Origin: Octopus bimaculoides
Lineage: Eukaryota
Assembly: GCF_001194135.2 (NCBI RefSeq)
Contig: NC_068981.1
Span: 100,365,318-100,429,317, forward strand
DNA: 64,000 nt
Direction of reading: 5' to 3'
Below, in pieces: positions 13,290-26,870 of the stretch. The notes under the pieces are model-generated. The model saw only the letters and a program-made list of their open reading frames with translations, was not told the DNA's origin and did not search any database. The translations under genes and the position numbers were made by a program. Each line of letters opens with the position of its first letter. Positions within the stretch are counted from its first letter, which is position 1.

Positions 13290-14253
13290 ATATATATATA
13301 TATATAAATAATATATAAATATATGCATATATCCATACATATATGTACATACCTACATTTATATGTATACATACATGCATATATGGGTACAGGACATCAA
13401 AAAAAGGTTAAACACAATGAGAAACGAAAACATAAAAACAAACAGAGAAACGAGACATGCAACATAAAGAGTATACCCCTTCGTCAGTTGCCCCTGTTCC
13501 ATCTACTCTGCGTTTTGAAGGCAAAGACAATACGCGACTTCATTGGAACAGTCCTTCCCACAAAGCAAATTAAATAAAATTTGGAATTTTTTGCGGAGGG
13601 TGAAAGTGTAAACAAGAACAGGACAGTGAGAACAAGACAGTAGAAACAGTAAGAACAAGACAGTGAGAACAAGACTGTAAAAACAAACAGTGAGGGCTGT
13701 TAAGCCAAGACAATAGAAAAATCATTATGAATGCTAGATAGACGTACATGAGAGAAGAAACAGAAACTAGCACGTCTTTTCTTTAGGAAGGCAGTGGGCA
13801 GAAAGAGAGATCTCCTTTCGTCACGTGTCAGCAATGAGACAGTCAAGGAGGAAGAGTGAGAGAGAGAGAGGGAACGGTGAAAGGGAGAGAAGAATAGGGA
13901 AATGGTTGGAGAGAAAAACAGAAAGGATGAAGACCAAGAGAGGGAGAGAGATAGACAGGGAAGTGATAGTAATAGTAGTAGAGTGCGCATTGTAATTATT
14001 AAGATAAAACTTACTTGGATAAGGATGCGTGGCATTCGATCATATAATAATATAAATAATATATAAATATATGCATATATCCATACATGCCTGTATGTAT
14101 ACATATAGATGTAGGTATGTACATATATGTATGGATACATGCATATATTTATATAATATTTATATTATTACATGATCGAACACCACGCATCCTTTACCAA
14201 GTAAGTTTTATCTTAATAATTACAATGCACACTCTACTACTATTACTATCACT
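13290..14253. repeat. Repeat element with a partial tandem terminal duplication followed by an inverted copy (PLE pLTR-like architecture)
   Basis: Block TATAAATAATATATAAATATATGCATATATCCATACAT occurs at about 13300 and 14050. 13962-14088 and 14127-14253 are inverted arms. Confidence 0.7.
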
Positions 14254-14460
14254 AGAATAAGAATAGGCTGAGTAAAGTTCAGAAAGTTTCTACTTTTGTT
14301 GACAACAAAGGGGCTTTCTCTCAGAGTGAAAGGTAGATTGTATGATGCTTGTGTGTGAACAAGGTCATCGGTATAGAGGAGCTCCCAGGGGCAGCCTGAC
14401 TTAAATTCCTCTGTTATTACCTGGAGGATTATGATGAACAAGAGGGGGCTTGTTCATCAG
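14254..14460 (-). mobile_element. RTE-type LINE RT fragment
   Basis: ORF 14220-14441 reads MFIIILQVITEEFKSGCPWELLYTDDLV (RT motif YxDD). Confidence 0.85.
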
Positions 14461-14976
14461 TGAACTCCTAATTGTACACTGAATTTATTGCTATACTCGT
14501 TGCCAACCCTCACCTTACTGACAGTATCCCTGTACATGGATTGTACAGCTCTCACTAGCTACTCCTCTATCCCTAGTTTCAGCAATGACTACCAGATAAA
14601 GGAATAGGGGTCTCTGTCGAAGGCTTTCTCCATGTCAACAAAAGTCAAGTACAGAGGTTTATTTTTGGCTTGGGATTTTTCCTGCAGCTGCTTTACCAGG
14701 AATATAGCATCAGTGGTGCTTCTTCCTGGCACAAAACCAAACTATATATATATTGCTTTCCAACCAAATGGTTCCAAGTCCAATCAGACTGCGTGGCACA
14801 TTGGGCAAGTGATATACATATATTGCTTTCCAACCACATGGTTCAGAGTTTAATCCCACTGTGTGGCATCTGCGGCAAATGTCTTCTACTATAGCCTTGG
14901 GCCAACCAAAGCCCTGTGAGTAGCCTTGGTAGATGGAAACTGAGAGAAGCCCATCATATATATATATATATATATA

Positions 14977-15182
14977 NNNNNNNNNNNNNNNNNNNNNNNN
15001 NNNNNNNNNNNNNNNNNNNNNNNNNNNNNNNNNNNNNNNNNNNNNNNNNNNNNNNNNNNNNNNNNNNNNNNNNNNNNNNNNNNNNNNNNNNNNNNNNNNN
15101 NNNNNNNNNNNNNNNNNNNNNNNNNNNNNNNNNNNNNNNNNNNNNNNNNNNNNNNNNNNNNNNNNNNNNNNNNNNNNNNNNN
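14977..15182. other. Assembly gap (N run). Other gaps at 47999-48398, 50008-50604 and 53313-54236
   Basis: Runs of N, mostly bounded by microsatellites. Confidence 1.
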
Positions 15183-16964
15183 TAAAAAAATAATATATAA
15201 AAAAAATAAATATACCAATACATTATATTGTCTTTGAGCTTTTAAAGTTCAATGGTAATCCATGTAGATAATAGTTGGAAAAATTAGGAAGCATGAAATT
15301 GAGAGTTGTGTTTGGTTTAAAAAATGAAAGGGGGCTGAAAGTTTGTGTTAAGCAAGAAGTGTGGCGTCAAAACAGGAAGTGTGGTGTCAAAACAGGAAGT
15401 GTGTGCAAGGGAAGACAATTCTGTGGGTTTTATACTCTTTAGTTGGAGTTCTGGACTCTTTGTCAACAGGAAGTTTATGTCTGTTCTCAGAGAAATATGG
15501 TCACGGGGGGGGGGGTTTAAGAAGTGGTTGGAATTTCTCTATAAAAAGATTCTCCTTGTTGATTCTTTGTTGTGTGGAGATTCTATCTTTACATTGATAG
15601 AAAGGGAATATACATTTGTGTATCAGTGTTTGTCTCCCCACCATGACTTGACAACCATAACCTAACAGTTCAGCAAAACAGTATGATAGAATAGGTACTA
15701 GGCTTAAAAAGAATAAGTCCTGGGGTTGATTTGTTCAACTAAAGGAGGTGCTCCAGCATGGCCAGTCAAAATTACTGAGACAAATTAAAGAATACATCAA
15801 CTTCTCTGTACTAGACAACACATCAACAATTCATACACCCATAATGTCATACATAACACAATCACTGCCCCAGTACATGCCACTACAACCCCAAATGATA
15901 ATGCTATATACAGCTTCCCAAAATTACAATAATAATACACTAATGCTACTATACATCATCCCAACCTTGCCATATAATGAAACAAAAACACATGACTATA
16001 CAGCACAAGCAGCACCAATACAGAACACGCCAACACCATCATGCACAACACCCAATTCAACTCCTTACTGTATTCTGCCCTAAACACGTTGTACTACACT
16101 TAACTGTTCTCATCTAGCAAGAGAACAAACACTTCTTGCATTAATTCATTTTGAATAATGTTGTCTTCATTATTAACAATTTTTATAACTAACTCCTTTC
16201 AAACATAATTTGACTTCTGGCTATATATAAATAATCATATATGCATAACCATGCATAAATTATCATTCATACATATTCATTGTTGTCTTAATATTCATCT
16301 TTGATAGCGTGATGAGCTGGCAGAAACATTAACATGCCCACAAAATACTTAGCAACATTTCATCCATCTTTACATCCTGAGTTTAAATTCTGCTTAAGTC
16401 AACTTTGCCTTTCATCCTTTCAGGGTTGATAAAATAAGTACCAGTTGAGTACTGGGGTCAATGTAATCAACATACCCTTGCCCTAAAAATGTGTCAAAAT
16501 TTGAAACCAATATTTGTCTTTGATGCTACCATGGGTTGGATGGTTTGATAGGATCCAATGGAGCCAAGAACTGCATAATACTCCAATGTCTATTTTGGCA
16601 TGATTTCTGCAACCAAATGCCCTCCTTAATACCAACCATAGATAATCATACATACAGGTGTGGCTGTGGCTGTGAAGCCTGTGGCGAGGAAGCTGGGAGT
16701 GTTTGGCACTAGGTAAGTAGGAGCCAAAAACAAGGGAAAGGAAAAGCAAGGGGTCTACCCCGGTGGTCAGATGCCTATCCTTCAGGAAAGCCATTACAAA
16801 TTGCATCTGTAATGAGCAATACTTCAATCGAACATTGTAAATAATTTTTATTGTTATTTAAATTTGTAAATATTTAATCGATACAGCTTCTTTACCCCTT
16901 TTATGTTTGTCTGTCCTTGTTCGTCCCCTCTTTGTAATGCCTTTATGGCAAATATTTATGAAAT

Positions 16965-17315
16965 AAAGAAGTTTGCTTCCCAACCACATGGTTCCAGGTT
17001 CAGTTCCACTGTGTAGCACCTTGAACAAGTGTCTTCTACTATAGCCTCAGACCAACCAAAGTATTGTGAGTGGATTTGGTAGATGGAAACTGAAAGAAGC
17101 CCATCATATATATTATGTATATATTTATATGTGTGTGTCTGTGTTTGTCTCCCCGCCATCACTTGTTCCTGTAACTTAGTGGTTCAGCAAAAGAAACCAA
17201 TAGAATAAGTATTAGGCTTAGAAAAGCATAAGTCCTGGGGTCAATTTCTTCGACTAAAACCCTTTAAGGTGATGCTCCAGCATGGCCACAGTTAAATGAT
17301 GGAAGCAAGTAATAG
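16965..17315 (+). mobile_element. SINE family A copy. Partial copies also at about 11555-11705(-), 14755-14976(+), 15650-15790(+), 21000-21150(-), 24200-24330(+), 49655-49830(+)
   Basis: Shares CCAACCACATGGTTCC.GGTTCAGT.CCACTG.GTGGCACCTTG...GTGTCTTCTACTATAGCC and the tail GGTGCTCCAGCATGGCC.CAGT with 36313-36710. Confidence 0.85.
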
Positions 17316-19079
17316 AATAAAATAATACATAATGGTTTCTAATTTGAGCTCAAGGTCAGAAATTTTGAGAGGATGGGGGATAGTCAGTATCTTCAAGCCC
17401 AGTACTGGACTCGCACTTTATCAACTCCATTGAATTTGAACTCAAAATGAAAAGAATCAGAACAAGCTTTTTCTTCTGTTGCTCTAACAATCCTGCCAGC
17501 TCATCACCCATAATGAATACATAATTCTTTCTACTCTAGGCACAAGACCTGGAATTTTGGAGGAGGAGGCTAGTTGACTGCATCGATCCCCTAGTGCTCA
17601 AATGATACTTATTTTATCAATCCTGAGAGGATGAAAGGCAGTCAGCCATGGCAGAATTTGAACTCACAATGTAAAGTCAAAAGAAATGATACTAAGCATT
17701 TTCTCTGGCATGCTAATGATTCTGCCAGCTTGTCATTCTTTTCATGCTTACATAACCCTTTCCACTATAGGCACAAGGCCTGAAATTTGGGGGAGGAGTA
17801 TAGTCAATTATATCGACCCCAGTACTCAACCGGTACTTATTTTATTGACCCCGATAGGATGAAATGCAAAGTTAACCTTGGTGGAATTTGAACTCAGAAT
17901 GTGCAGATGGAGAAAATGTCATTAAGCATTATCCCAGCATGATAATGGCTCTGCTAGCTTGCCACTCTTATCATGCTTATGTAATGAAACATATTTTGAC
18001 TCTTAATCAAACTAGAATTTAACCAGTTAAATTTTTGCAGAAAATTTACTTTATTCTATTAAGTACATTGTGCAGTAACTTCTCCATAAAGCGGATTATA
18101 AAATGTCTTCCATTTCATTTCACTAGTGACAAATACCAAATACAGCTTAACCTAACTGATAGGCTTAATCCTTCAGATAAACTCTGAGTTATCAGAAATA
18201 GTTCAAGTCATGTTCCTTAATTCCAAACATATCTAATAAATCAATTTAAAGCATTTCTTTCATGATTCTGACACAAGATTGTTGTTATTGGGGGTGGTGG
18301 TGGTGGTGGTTGCGGCAGTGGTGGTGGTGGTGAAGAGGAGAAGGATTTATTGATTTCTTATATAGAACATAAGGCCCAAGATTTATAGAGAAAGGGAATG
18401 AAATTATGTGATATTTGTATACCTCTAGAGATAAAGTTTAAAGGTGTTGGCTTATACACTAAAGAAAGATGCTAAAGAAAGTGGAATCAATTTTGCAAAA
18501 TACAAAAGGAATAAGAGTGTTAATATTTAAAATTCTTTTCAAAATGAATTTTTGTACCGCAATAGATAAATTGTATTACTGCATAGAAACAATTCTCAAT
18601 AAATTTAGTTGGGAAATATAAAAATCAAACCTAGTGACAACAGTTAGAAACTATCAAAGAAGCAGGGAGATAATTTCAAGAAATTAAAAATGAATCCCTC
18701 AGAGTTAATTTACATGCTTAAAGAAAAGAAATTAGATATTTGCAAGCAAAAGATAATTATATTAGATGACATCAGCATAGTATACTCTGCTTAAGTCCAC
18801 TTGTAGAATTCACAAAAATTTCTATTTCACTTTAGGAAAAGAGTTGTGTAATTTTCAGCTAGCGTATTTTGTACAAAAGAAATTAGAAAATGTTAAAGAA
18901 ATAACTCTATACTATGCTGATGAAGTTGAATGTAATGAAATATGTCCATAGTTGGATGTCCACATTCAAAGAAATGTAAATAAATAAGCATTACATTTGA
19001 CAAAATAATCTGAATGCTAAAGGGTTAACTTCCTTAACTCATTTTATTGAGAGCTCTTGACTTCTTTACTATAGACATG

Positions 19080-19300
19080 GGATTAGAATGTCATTGGAAA
19101 TAATCCCATGACAAATTCTTCATGCTGAACCAATTTGCAGGAGAACTAGGGTAGACCAAGAACAAGATGGTTGGATAATATCCATAGTCCCAGTTGATCA
19201 TGCTTGGGAATCCAACTGGAATTTCCAGGGGTGGTTGCTTCTGATAGGACTCTATGGAAGAGGTGCCCGAGGACTCTATCCCCATGATCTTCCAAGAAAT
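19080..19300 (+). mobile_element. RTE LINE C-terminal fragment
   Basis: One frame reads GRPRTRWLDNIH...LGIQ...VVASDRTLWK, the typical RTE C-terminal GRP..RW.D motif, with stops. Confidence 0.7.
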
Positions 19301-21175
19301 AGGGGGTGGAGAAGATGGATGAGGTTGATGAAGTTATAAAAATTATATATTTTATCAGAGAGATAACTCATCTTTCTAAAATAAAAGTGGCTGGCTGATA
19401 TATCAACCAAGTTGTCTTATAAAGGATAAGTTTATTTGACTGAGGGAGTTGTCATGAAATGCCTCTGTCTGGAAATTGAATTTGGAACTATGTTGCAAAT
19501 ATAGACAGCTTCACAATGGGTTCAGTGTAAAGTCCTTGTGACTAACTATAGATCAGTAACTACATATTGGTTTTAAATTTTGGCACAAGGTAGGAAGTTC
19601 AGGAGAGGAATTAGTCGATTACATCGATCCCAGTGTTTAACTGTTACCTACTTTATCAATGCCAAAAAGATGAAAGGCAAAGTCAGCCACAGATGAAATG
19701 CTACTTAGCATTTTGCCCAGCATGCTAACAATTCTGTCAGCTCACCACCTTAAACGGTAAATATATATTGCCTGTAATTTCATTGCCTACTATTTTCATT
19801 GTAAGGTGAGCTATTATATAATCAGTAACTTCATCATCATGCCAACTATACTGTCAGGAAATCCATCATCTTGCTTTTTATCAGCAGAGTAAACACATTA
19901 CTATACATCATTTCATGTTTTTATTTGCAAAGTTAAATACATAGCATTTTATTAATAATGAAAATAAAATAAAGACAAAAAATTCCACCCTACAATATGG
20001 AAGTTTTTTTAGAAATCTTAGAAAAGGAACAATCAAGAAATAAAGTAATAATCAAACTTTATATTACAAAAAAAAAATATATAATGATAGTACAGTAAGA
20101 ATTTAACACCTCATCAATGAATATGTAGGAGATCAATAGATTGTTTACAGATATAAGAACAATAATAGATTATATATGTATTTGTTTTTATTTCCTATAC
20201 AATAACAAAAAAACATAACCTCTTCTGATCTTATCAATACAAAAATATTATGATAATTACACAGCATGTGGTTTGTAAAGAAAAATTCAAGAGAGGTAAG
20301 AATTCAGTAAGAAATAACATCAAACAAGACAAGATTTACATAAATGGATTTGTTAAAATGTGCACACATAAAATCATCCAGATATTTTGTATTCTTGTAA
20401 AAGTGTAAAAAGAACATTGTACTTATATATTTTCATGTTTTACAAAGTCAATTACATAATGTGTGTAGAAAATGTTCATGTCAATGGAATAATTTGTGTT
20501 GTAGAACCAAATGTATTGCAGCATTATAACTAGACATCAGTAAAAAAAAAATCAGATAATGCATGTGAGTTTAAACTGGTAGAAATTATTCTGTCAAGGT
20601 TATACCAAAGATTAACTGCTTGCTAAGCAAGAAAAGGAGGAAAATGAGGCAACTTTGGTACAATTGCTGATGACAACTAAGAGAGAAAGTTACAGTAAGA
20701 CAGCAGTTAGCTGTTTAGCATTTAACCTTCAGCATTCAGATTTCTCTGTCAAATGTAATGCTTATTTATTCACATTGATATGAATTAGTCATGTCTTACC
20801 ATGTAGCTTTGAGATTTCAATGATGTGATTTTTTTTATTTTTAGAACAACATCATAGAGTAAGTGTGACAGGCCAGTTTGAAGCTAAAAGAGGTGAATTA
20901 TTTTGGTCGGATATGGTCAGTTTAAATGCTAAAGTGTGAAACCAGCCATATCCAACCAAAATTCTACATCTTTTATTTTTGAGTTGCTTCCATCATTAGG
21001 CTGTAGCCATGCATGTGCACTGCCTTGAAGGGTTTTGTCAATTAAATCGACCCCAGTAGTTAATTTTTTTAAAGTCTGGTACTTCAGTCACTTTTACCAA
21101 ACTGCAAAGTTACAGGGATGTAAACAAACTATCACTAGTTCTCAGGGATGAGACACACATGCACACATATACACA

Positions 21176-21221
<46 letters not shown>

Positions 21222-21974
21222 TACACACACACACACACACACATACACACACACACATATATGTAATATAATTCTATATAAACAAATACATTATATATTT
21301 ATACACACACACACATATATATACATATACTTATATATATTTACATACATATATGCACATATACACACATGTCATTGACCACAACTTACAGACTTCAAAA
21401 AAAGTACTAGGGGCAATTTTTTTTCATTAAACCCTAACCATAGTCCAATGAATGAAACAAGTAAATGATAAAAGATAACAAAATTAAATAAATAAAATGT
21501 AGAACATGTAGGATAACGTAATCTGAGATGAACTAAGCCTCAAAAGATAGCATGTCCAAACTAGAACACCTTTGATTGTAGGTCTGCTATACCAGAGCTG
21601 ACCTAAGCAGAACATCATCAAATGCATTTGAGAAACACCAAAACATCTCATTTATATGTTTCTCCTATTAAACAACCATCAATGGTGAAATGACAATATA
21701 GTTACATACAACAATTATACAGCAGAGCCAGTCATCACACATGAATGAGTATAGCTTGGTAACATGTATGATGCTTTCACTAATTGTTTTAGGTCATGAG
21801 CAGATGTAGACCCCCTCTCAGTCTCTTCACCTTTGTTGCAACAGCACATCAAGGATATGACTGAAGGAAGAGAGCTGTGCCAGTATGCCCTATCTGGTAT
21901 TCATTTACAGCTGAATTGACTGAGGTAACCTTAAATAAAGTGCCTTGCTCAAAGGACACAATACAGTACTTGGT

Positions 21975-22364
21975 TGTTGTTGGCACTCCGTCGTTTACGA
22001 CGTCGAGGGTTCCAGTTGATTCGATCAACGGAACAGCCTGCTCATGAAATTAACGTGCAAGTGGCTGAGCACTCCACAGACACGTGTACCCTTAATGTAG
22101 TTCTCGGGGATATTCAGCGTGACACAGCGTGACACAGTGTGACAAGGCTGACCCTTTGAATTACAGGCACAACAGAAACAGGAAGTAAGAGTGAGAGAAA
22201 GTTGTGGTGAAAGAGTACAGCAGGGTTCGCCACCATCCCCTGCTGGAGCCTCGTGGAGCTTTAGGTGTTTTCGCTCAATAAACACTCACAACGCCCAGTC
22301 TGAGAATCGAAACCGCGATCCTATGACCGCAAGTTTTCTGCCCTAACCACTGGGCCATTGCGCC
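21975..22364 (-). mobile_element. Second full-length SINE family D copy with 12-bp TSD, nested in a family C SINE
   Basis: Reverse complement of 9192-9582. TSD ACAGTACTTGGT at 21963-21974 and 22365-22376. The flanks continue a family C SINE. Confidence 0.92.
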
Positions 22365-23462
22365 ACAGTACTTGGTACACTAATTGAATCCATGATCTTA
22401 TGATCATGATCACTGGGTTACACACCTTCACACATTCAACAATAATTCAGTACAAATGTTACTCCACTCCAGAAAGAAAATACGAACCACTTCTTCACCT
22501 CCACTGCTACTCCAAGAGTTGCAGTTGCTGACCATCTTCTTGCTGTGTCCAGAAACTAGTGGTGCCAAAATGCTTCTTTCATAGTCATTTCACATTGAAC
22601 GGAGAAAGACAGAAAGAGAACTTGATCTCAATCATTACTTGATGTTTTATTGAATAAGGGATGAAAGGCAAAGCTAGCCTCCCTCCATGGGATTGAATTT
22701 AGAGCACAATCAACCAAAACTAATACCACAAGGTATTCTATCCAATATTCCATTGACTCTGTTAATTCAACCATGTCCTCAGGTCAACTAAAACTCTGTG
22801 CGATAAAAACCATACCTACAGTACATATGTATGTGTGTATGTGTATTTTAGTAAACTATCATTAGTCATCGGTCATCATGTATAGCATTACTTCATTCTT
22901 TTTTGAAGTCATCAGCATAACATAACCAGTCACATATCAATTAAACATTTTATGAAAGGAAACAATTTATTGAAGATGGAAATAATTAGTCTTGAGGAAA
23001 ATTGTGGAACATGTCTTTTTTTCTTCTTTTCTTCATAGAATGGGAGTAGATTAGGAATCAAGAGAATAGAAAGTTCTTAATGTACACATAAAGAGCAATA
23101 ACTATTTCTGGAGAATTCTACCTGATGAAAATATTTATTAGCCAATAATTTCAGTTTTAGCAACAGACATTTTCTGATATATTCTTTGAGATGTAGACAT
23201 TCGTTTCAAGCTGCTTTTTTTCTGAGTGGCATTCCTTCAAGTGTGCAGTGGAACAGATACCTATTCATAAACACCTGCACACCTTGACCATTGCCAACAG
23301 TTTAAATTGCATTTTCACAAAATTACAGACGTAGATGATCCCCTAATAGTTGCAGATATTACAACAGAGATCATTAATTTGTTACAATATGAAGCAGGAT
23401 TGGAAATTTAAAATTGAAATTAAGAAATCATAAAGAAAAAAATGCATAGAATTCACATAATT

Positions 23463-23507
<45 letters not shown>

Positions 23508-23754
23508 CTTATTATGAAGTTCTTCAAATTACTAGTTGTTGGCAATCATGCATAATGCTATTTCATTCTTTCTAGATATCAACAGCATGACATAACTTAT
23601 GACTTATTAATTAAACATTTTATGAAGTAAGACCTTTTATTAAAAATGGAAATAGTTACACTCTGGAGTAAATTCATGGAATGCTTTTTTCTTTTCTTCT
23701 TTTCTTCATAGAAAGTTAATGTATGAGTGTTTGTTTGTGTGTGTGTTTGATAGA

Positions 23755-24100
23755 GATTAGAAGGAGACCCCCCTCGGTCATGAATGACCATGGGATTCCA
23801 CCTAGAAAGTTACCCTCTGAGGCACAAGTCCAAGCAAGGTTGTTTGTGGAAGGCCAGCAGTCGCCCATGCATACCAGCCTCCCCACTCCACACCACTGAT
23901 GCTATCCAAGAGAAAGACAAAGGCTGATACAGCTTGGCACCAGTGATATTGTAACTCATTTCTACAGCTGAGTGAACTGGAGCAACGAGAAATAAAGTGT
24001 CTTGCTCAAGAACACAACACGCAGTCTGGTCCGGGAATCAAACTCACAACCTCATGATCATAAACTTGACGCTCAAACCACTGAGCCATGTGCCTTCACG
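23755..24100 (-). mobile_element. tRNA-derived SINE family C (CORE-like central domain). Fragments also at about 11075-11310, 21780-22430, 30865-30960
   Basis: Minus strand has the tRNA-like head GGCTCAGTGG...GAGTTTGATTCCCGG followed by TTGAGCAAGACACTTTATTTC..GCTCCAGTTCACTCAGCTGTAGAAATG. The CORE assignment is by resemblance only. Confidence 0.75.
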
Positions 24101-26339
24101 CAGAGTAGGGTAAGAATAAATGGTGTGTCAAATAAGAATATATCACACAGTACTCTATTTTGATGCAGCCACATTCTTTTATCGAAGTCAAGTTTACCTG
24201 CTTCTACCTCTGAGACTGGCAAAAGGATAAGCATACAAAGCACTAAGATCAATATAATCGACTGAAACCTTACAAATGATACCCAAGCATGGACAGAGTC
24301 AGGTGATTGAAACCAATGAAAGAATACAAGAATATAAATTCTAATCATGTTCTGATTACTGCTTTGCATTTAGACAACTCAGATCACCTAAGAATAGGAA
24401 TAAAAGCTAGTAAACTAGGTTTTATTCTTATTTCATAATTACATGCTTAGCAATAAGAAGCCCATCTAATTCTGAAACACCTGTTCAAATGATATGCAAA
24501 TACACTTTAGACAAAGGTTGTCCAAATGATGATAAATAGCAGAAGAAAAATATGAGTTTAGATGGTATAGTGTCCTCTTTACTATCTCATCATTACTATT
24601 CTGCTGCCCAGCAGTGTCAGTTATCTAATTCCCACCCATATTTCATCACTCTCCAGTACCAAACAATCAGTCCCACTCTCTCTTCTAAAGTGTGAATTGT
24701 TATAGTTGTCATGTAGCTCCTCTACAGCAAGAAACCTGTTTCTACTTTGGCCCCCTTCTCTCATACATTTACTCATCCTTTGTCTCTTATCTTCAAACAT
24801 TAAGTAGTACCCTTGGGATTCATAATCCTGTAAACTGCATGACAGCTTCACTGATGCTGGTGGCATGCAAAAAAGTACCCAGTACACACTGTAAAGTAGT
24901 TGGTTTTAAGAAGGGCATCCAGTTGTAGGAACCAAGACTGGAATGTGATGCAATTCTCAGGTCCCTTTGGATCCTGTCAAACCAGCCAACACACATAAGC
25001 AAGGAACACGAACATTAAATGAGGATGATCATAATCATGATGATCATGATAGTAATGCATTTAACGTATTTGTATCTATTTCATTCACTGATATTACTAA
25101 TGTTCTTTGGGAAAACATAAAAGTTAAAAAGTCTCATTTCCTTGAAGTCAACAGAATTAAACATCCATTGATGGATAACACTGGTTTAAAACTAATGAAA
25201 TATAAAGAAGAAAAACCGTTTGGTCTTTAACAGCATTTATTTAGTCAAAGTGAAATGAACAGTTTCTGCTTGACATGTATAGTAATACTGTTTGCATGTA
25301 CTATCCACTTAGTCTTGAACTGTTTTGCATTTTCCTCCCCCAGAAGCATGGGAGAAAATGTAAAATGGAAGAATATATTAAACCTCTCTTTCCTGTATAT
25401 TTCTGATCGTCTGTTTGTATCTAATGATGTGGTTTCACATCTCTATAATATACTGATTTAAATGTATGTAATTTTCACTGTATGGCTGAAAGAAAATAAC
25501 TTGTGATGCTAGAAACAAATATGATAGGGTCTCATATATGTAATATAAGGTTGAAACTCCCTAAGCAATTACTTGTCAAAAACCCTTTTTCTGGTATGCT
25601 TACAACCAGAAAACAACAAGCATAGGAGACAACCCCGACCTGTCTTGACTACTGTTCAAAAGCTTTGATAAAAATACTGATCTTGTTTTCAGATTTTAAA
25701 TACACCTCAAGGGAGCTTTTGTTTATTATTTTGCTTGGATGATCACAACTGAATGAAGTTTTACAACTCACTATAATTACATATGTCACACTCTGCCATA
25801 CATGCAACATTCATGCTACCCTTTGCATGAACAGAATATTTATCAGCTAGTACCTTTCTTTGATCTACTGGATTACATTTTATTTGAACAGCTTCTAAAA
25901 CTCAAGCTACATATTATTGCTTGCATCATGTTTTTGAACTAAAGTCTGTAGATTATTCCAATGAATAATACATTAAACACCAGAACTGTTCAAACAAGTT
26001 CAGATGTTGGCTGCAATGTTAAATCGTTTTCAGGGTATTTGCAATTCTATGTATTTCACATTTTCTGCACTATTTACAAACGAAGTAAGTCTTTAAAATA
26101 TATGAATATTTTAAAAAGTAATGCATAAGTTTACCTTATAGATTTTAATACATTGTTTGTACTCACTGTATGCTATCGTTAAAAACTTCCAGTTTATAAT
26201 TATACAAGCCTTATACCAAAAATAAAGTAAAAGTGGACACAACACTTTTTTTTAAATAACATATTCAAATTGCATATGTTGGTAGAGTAGCACTTACTCT
26301 ACAGCCACTCTACTTCTTCTTCTTAATTATCATCATCAT

Positions 26340-26870
26340 CATTGCATACAAATAATGGGATCCAAGCAGAACCAGCACTCAGTCATTGAGTTCTTGACAT
26401 AGGAAGGGTGCAGGCTGTCTGACAACCACAGAAGGCTATAAGTTGCTTATGGAGATGACACCGTTGACAAGAGTAATGTGCTCAAATTGATAAAGACATA
26501 TAAAGAAGAGGAAACCAGCACTGAAGACAAACTATACAGTGGAGGACCATCACTGACATGACTCAATAACAAGTAGATGAATTGATTCCTGCCAAAAGAT
26601 GTGTCACAAGCCATGACCTCATTGTACAACTGGAATGTGGTTACAATGAATTAGAGAAGTTGGGAGAAAATTTTGGGTTATTGGAAGGTATGTTCTAAGC
26701 GAGCACCTCAGCAGCTGACAGCTGATTTCAAAGAGTGATTTGCTAGAAGTAATTTAAAACCAATGCAAACATTCTTTTGTGGTTTGATGATAAGGAATAG
26801 AATGTAGGCATATCTTTACAATCCAGAAATGAAGGATAGCATCGCACTTTTTCTACAAGGTATAAGTAGT
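26340..26870 (+). mobile_element. Highly degenerate mariner transposase N-terminal fragment
   Basis: QHSVIEFLT.EG...YGDDTVDKSNV...TSTEDKLYSGGP resembles the mariner HTH region (QR.VIEFL..EG...D..RSGRP). Confidence 0.65.

Noticed and set aside
13465-13525. CTGACGA plus (G)AAAC in permuted order on the minus strand
   Set aside because: Stems I and III cannot be formed convincingly, so it is not counted as a ribozyme.
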